Positions 15,847 through 19,287 of a DNA stretch of 19,287 nt are shown piece after piece. The position numbers and the translations under genes are program-made. The stretch is taken from positions 1 to 19,287 of the forward strand of contig CAYVGZ010000023.1 of NCBI GenBank assembly GCA_964450845.1, in the 5' to 3' direction. This stretch comes from an uncultured Candidatus Bathyarchaeia archaeon. Lineage in GTDB: Archaea; Thermoproteota; Bathyarchaeia; Bathyarchaeales; Bathycorpusculaceae. Every line of letters starts with the position of its first letter. Position 1 is the stretch's first letter. Under the pieces are notes generated by a model. The model made no database searches. It was not told the origin of the DNA and was given only the letters and a program-made list of their open reading frames with translations.

Positions 15847-15922
15847 CAGAGAGCCAAAAAAAAGCAAGCCACTTATAGCCACTTCACGTAACATTTTGCA
15901 CCAAAACCAGAGCGAACAACCC

Positions 15923-16528
15923 ATGATACGCGTTGATTTACACGTTCACACAACATACTCACCCGACGCATCAATCCAACCAAAAATCATAGTAGAACAA
16001 CTCTACGCACATCCATTCATAAAAGCCCTTGCCATAACAGACCACAACACAGTTGAAGGCTACCACAAAGTGCACGAATTAGCCTCCGCATACCAAGACA
16101 TTCTAATAATTCCAGGAGTTGAAGTAAGCACAATTGAAGGCGACTTAATAGTATTAGGCATCGCAGAACTACCTCAAAAACCATGGACTGCTGAAAACGT
16201 AATCGATTTCGCAAGGAAAAAACAAGCATTAACTATTGCCGCACACCCATACAGAGCTCATGGAATGGGTGACTTAACAAAAAACTACGACGTTGACGCA
16301 ATAGAAGTCTTAAACGGCATCTCATCACCACAAGTCAATAAAATGGCTGAAAATTTAGCCAAAGAAATGGGTTTGCCTGGTGTCGCTGGCAGCGACGCAC
16401 ATCAAGCCAACGAATTATGGACCACTTACACAGAAGTTCAAGCCTCCCCAGACATTAACGAAATTCTAAAAGCCATCAAGAAAGGACTAGTCAAAGTTGC
16501 CTCAACAGAAAAGTCAATACATTTTTAA
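15923..16528 (+). CDS. PHP-domain metal-dependent phosphoesterase, 201 aa
   Basis: DLHVHT, ITDHN, PGVEVST, AAHPY and GSDAH motifs. The true start is ATG 15923; the track extension to 15509 is a shadow frame over tgtA. Confidence 0.9.
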   Translation: MIRVDLHVHTTYSPDASIQPKIIVEQLYAHPFIKALAITDHNTVEGYHKVHELASAYQDILIIPGVEVSTIEGDLIVLGIAELPQKPWTAENVIDFARKKQALTIAAHPYRAHGMGDLTKNYDVDAIEVLNGISSPQVNKMAENLAKEMGLPGVAGSDAHQANELWTTYTEVQASPDINEILKAIKKGLVKVASTEKSIHF

Positions 16529-16570
16529 AACAGCAACATGCATGAATACTGCATTAGCGGATGAAAAGAA

Positions 16571-17836
16571 ATGAGCCCACTACAAATCAGGTTTCTAGGG
16601 GGAACCCACGAAGTTGGCAGAATAGCCATTGCAGTAAAAACCGAAAAAACACAAGTCCTGCTAGATTGCGGAGTCATGTTAAACCACAAACCAGGATTCC
16701 CAATGCACATACCACCCAAAGAAGTTGACGCAATCATCCTAACCCACAGCCACCTTGACCACTCAGGAGCAGTCCCCATTTTTTACATTCACGGACAAAA
16801 ACCACTATACACAAATAAACTAAATCTAGAATTAACACAAATACTAATTTCCGACTTCATTCACCTCTCCAGTTACTATTTACCATTCGAATACCTTGAA
16901 CTAAAATCCATGATGAGAAGCAACAAACATGTGGATTTTGGCGTAGAAGAAGAAATTGGAGACATGAAAATTCAACTTTTAAACTCTGGACATGTTCCTG
17001 GAGGCGCACAAATACTGGTTGAAGCTGAAGGAAAGAGAGTACTTTACACAGGCGATTTCAACATTGCCGACACGAGACTTTTGGAAGGCGCAAAAATGGA
17101 ATACGGCGACTTGGACGCAGTCATAATTGAAAGCACGTACGCAGACGAAGACCACACAGAACGGTTAGAACTGGAAAAACGCTTCGTGGACGAAGTAACT
17201 GATATTGTGGAAAGTGGAGGAATCGTTCTAGTCCCAGCTTTCGGAGTTGGCAGATCCCAAGAAATCGCATGCGTTTTAAACGCCCATCACTTTGAATATC
17301 CAGTCACTATGGATGGAATGGCACGCGAAGCAAGCAGAATAATGATGAATTACAAAGAATTTCTCAAAGACCCTAAACTGTTTACAGATGCAATGCATTC
17401 TGCTGATTGGGTTGAAGGCTGGAGAGACCGCAGAAAAGCTACAAAAACACCTGGGGTGATAATTTCTCCTGCAGGCATGCTTAAAGGTGGTCCAGCAGTA
17501 TTTTACACGTCAAAGATTGGAAAAAAGGCAAACAACGCAATATTTTTAGTAAGCTATCAGATTCCTGGCACGCCTGGAAAAGAACTTTTGGAGAAGGGAG
17601 TATGTCTCATTGATGGAAAAATGAGGAAGGTTAAGGCTCGTGTTGCACATTTCGATTTTTCATCACATTGTGGAGCAAGCCAGCTCAAAGAAGCCGTGAA
17701 AAAACTTGGTGGAAAACCGAAAATCTATGTGGTTCACGGCGCAGAAGGAAACTGTGAACTTTTAGCGAAGTGGATAAAGAACGAGTTAGGTTTAGAAGCC
17801 AGCGCTCCAAAGGTCGGAGACATCATTAAGGTTTAG
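16571..17836 (+). CDS. Metallo-beta-lactamase beta-CASP ribonuclease (CPSF-like, no N-terminal KH domains)
   Basis: THSHLDHSG, SGHVPG, YTGDF, ESTY, GVGRSQE, FSSH and VHG motifs. Confidence 0.9.
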   Translation: MSPLQIRFLGGTHEVGRIAIAVKTEKTQVLLDCGVMLNHKPGFPMHIPPKEVDAIILTHSHLDHSGAVPIFYIHGQKPLYTNKLNLELTQILISDFIHLSSYYLPFEYLELKSMMRSNKHVDFGVEEEIGDMKIQLLNSGHVPGGAQILVEAEGKRVLYTGDFNIADTRLLEGAKMEYGDLDAVIIESTYADEDHTERLELEKRFVDEVTDIVESGGIVLVPAFGVGRSQEIACVLNAHHFEYPVTMDGMAREASRIMMNYKEFLKDPKLFTDAMHSADWVEGWRDRRKATKTPGVIISPAGMLKGGPAVFYTSKIGKKANNAIFLVSYQIPGTPGKELLEKGVCLIDGKMRKVKARVAHFDFSSHCGASQLKEAVKKLGGKPKIYVVHGAEGNCELLAKWIKNELGLEASAPKVGDIIKV

Positions 17837-17845
17837 AGTGGAATT

Positions 17846-18397
17846 ATGAAAATTGGAATCTTGAGCGTTGGGCATGTGGACTCTTATGTAATAAAAAGAA
17901 TTCAAGAAAACTTGAACACTATTTTCCCAAAAACAACATGTGTACTGATTAGTGAGACGATGCCGATTCCAAGCGAATCCTTCAACAATGCGAGACAGCA
18001 ATACCGTTCAGACGCGATTTTGAGCAGAGTTCACAGTTATGCTGATAACGATAGAGTGTTAGACCATGTTTTGGGAATAGTGGATGCAGACATTTTTGTT
18101 CCAAAGTTGAATTTTGTATTTGGAGAAGCAGAATGCCCTGGAAAAGCAGCCTTGGTCTCGTTATGGAGGCTTAGACCAGAATTTTATGGTAAGGTTTCAA
18201 ACATGGAACTTTTTCTGGAGAGAATCACGAAGGAGGCTGTGCACGAGCTTGGACATTCTTTGGGTTTAAGACATTGTTCTAACCCGTTTTGTGTTATGTA
18301 TTTCTCCAATTCCATTTTCGAAACCGACAGAAAACAAAGTTTATTCTGTACTAAATGTTATTTGAAGGCTGAAGTGGCTGTAGATAAAATAGGGTAA
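17846..18397 (+). CDS. amzA: Archaemetzincin zinc metalloprotease (M54)
   Basis: HELGHSLGLRHC zinc motif, Met-turn CVMYFSNS, LNFVFGEA, and Cys zinc-finger residues (HC...C...CTKC). No signal peptide. Confidence 0.93.
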   Translation: MKIGILSVGHVDSYVIKRIQENLNTIFPKTTCVLISETMPIPSESFNNARQQYRSDAILSRVHSYADNDRVLDHVLGIVDADIFVPKLNFVFGEAECPGKAALVSLWRLRPEFYGKVSNMELFLERITKEAVHELGHSLGLRHCSNPFCVMYFSNSIFETDRKQSLFCTKCYLKAEVAVDKIG

Positions 18398-18402
18398 GAG
18401 TC

Positions 18403-19224
18403 TTGAGCGGCAAGTTTGGAACGGGACTAATAAATTTGGCACCTATTCTGGTAAGCCTAGCGTTTGGAGTATTTTGTGCCTTTCTAATTTTAACTTCTCC
18501 GATGGAAATTTACGGAGTTACACCCTTCCCAGAAAGTGTCGTTGGATCCTTTGGCAACGCATTCTATTTTGTTATCCTCGTGGGAGTTGGTGCGTCACTG
18601 TTATATTTGCTTTTAAAATGGAAAAATCCCAGACTGATAGCGTTGATTACTGGTATTGCTTTGACAACTGCGGTTTTTATGCTTTCCATAATTTACATAT
18701 TTGCAACATTTTCAAGGTTTGATGTTCCCAACATGGAAGCGTTGACTTTGATTTTGGCTTTGTTCATAACAGGGCTAGCTGATTATGCAATTTTTCGAAA
18801 GCACAGCAAGATTTGCGACCTAGTTGTTCTCTTTTTAGGAGGAGCTTTAGGCACATTTTTGGGATTTTCAATCCCCACTTTGAGTGCAATATTGATTTTA
18901 GGTTTTTTGGCGGTTTATGATGTGTTTGCTGTTTATCATGGACCTGTTGGAAAAATAGCTCGCAGCGGGCTTGATCAGCTTCGGGGTTTAAGCTTTTCTT
19001 TTAGGGACATCCAGATGGGGTTGGGTGATTTGACGTTTTATTCCATGCTTTCTGGGCACATGTTTATCAATTTCGGATTCATATCGTGTTTAGCATCCAT
19101 CATCGGCATTTTGTTCGGATGCCTATTAGCTTTTAAAATGTTGGAGAGGAAGGGAATGTTTCCTGGGTTGCCTTTTCCAATACTGTTTGGTTTAACGGCA
19201 GCTCTTCTGGCTTCATTGATATGA
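18403..19224 (+). CDS. Presenilin/SPP-like GxGD intramembrane aspartyl protease (A22)
   Basis: Polytopic membrane protein with YD (18916-18921), GLGD (19018-19029) and PAL-like PGLP (from 19162) in the presenilin order. Confidence 0.85.
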   Translation: MSGKFGTGLINLAPILVSLAFGVFCAFLILTSPMEIYGVTPFPESVVGSFGNAFYFVILVGVGASLLYLLLKWKNPRLIALITGIALTTAVFMLSIIYIFATFSRFDVPNMEALTLILALFITGLADYAIFRKHSKICDLVVLFLGGALGTFLGFSIPTLSAILILGFLAVYDVFAVYHGPVGKIARSGLDQLRGLSFSFRDIQMGLGDLTFYSMLSGHMFINFGFISCLASIIGILFGCLLAFKMLERKGMFPGLPFPILFGLTAALLASLI

Positions 19225-19243
19225 TTTTGGTTTTTGTGTTTTT
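19225..19243 (+). terminator. Oligo-T terminator of the tgtA-to-presenilin gene run
   Basis: ttttggtttttgtgttttt directly follows the stop codon. Confidence 0.55.
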
Positions 19244-19287
19244 AATGTATTCAAATGCTTGATAAGACCAGACGTGTGGAGTTTACG

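Noticed and set aside
15509-15922. 138-codon N-terminal extension of the PHP ORF overlapping tgtA in another frame (possible overlapping gene or frameshift fusion)
   Set aside because: The translation is low-complexity N/Q/P/K/T/R. The A+C-rich strand is depleted of T and G and therefore of stop codons. PHP homology starts at ATG 15923.
139-18722. Remaining short antisense or nested ORFs in the track (e.g. 3518-3790, 5043-5351, 7665-8060, 8727-9083, 10714-10956, 13192-13503, 18474-18722)
   Set aside because: They are shadows of longer motif-bearing genes, with no independent RBS or family signature.

Overview
Archaeal chromosomal segment, most likely from the TACK group and Bathyarchaeia-like (inference from SmAP3-type Lsm, PAC2, archaeosine TGT, archaemetzincin, AGGTGA/GGAGG ribosome-binding sites and frequent TTG/GTG starts). 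Bases 1-6458 hold a type IV pilus-like locus: three large, N-terminally anchored, sequon-rich pilin-like proteins, a canonical small pilin and an A24 prepilin peptidase. No assembly ATPase or platform gene lies in the window. Next come a PfkB kinase, glmM and glmU, decayed small-gene remnants, SmAP3, PAC2, an M28/DUF4910-like peptidase, and a co-oriented run of tgtA, PHP, beta-CASP nuclease, archaemetzincin and a presenilin-like protease. Beyond the genes, I see a polar dispersed intergenic repeat in four copies, kb-scale switches in A+C versus G+T strand skew, a compositionally foreign lectin-like module inside the largest pilin-like protein, a 13-bp direct repeat flanking the peptidase gene, and a candidate structured RNA. 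All family calls come from motif recognition by eye; no searches were run.
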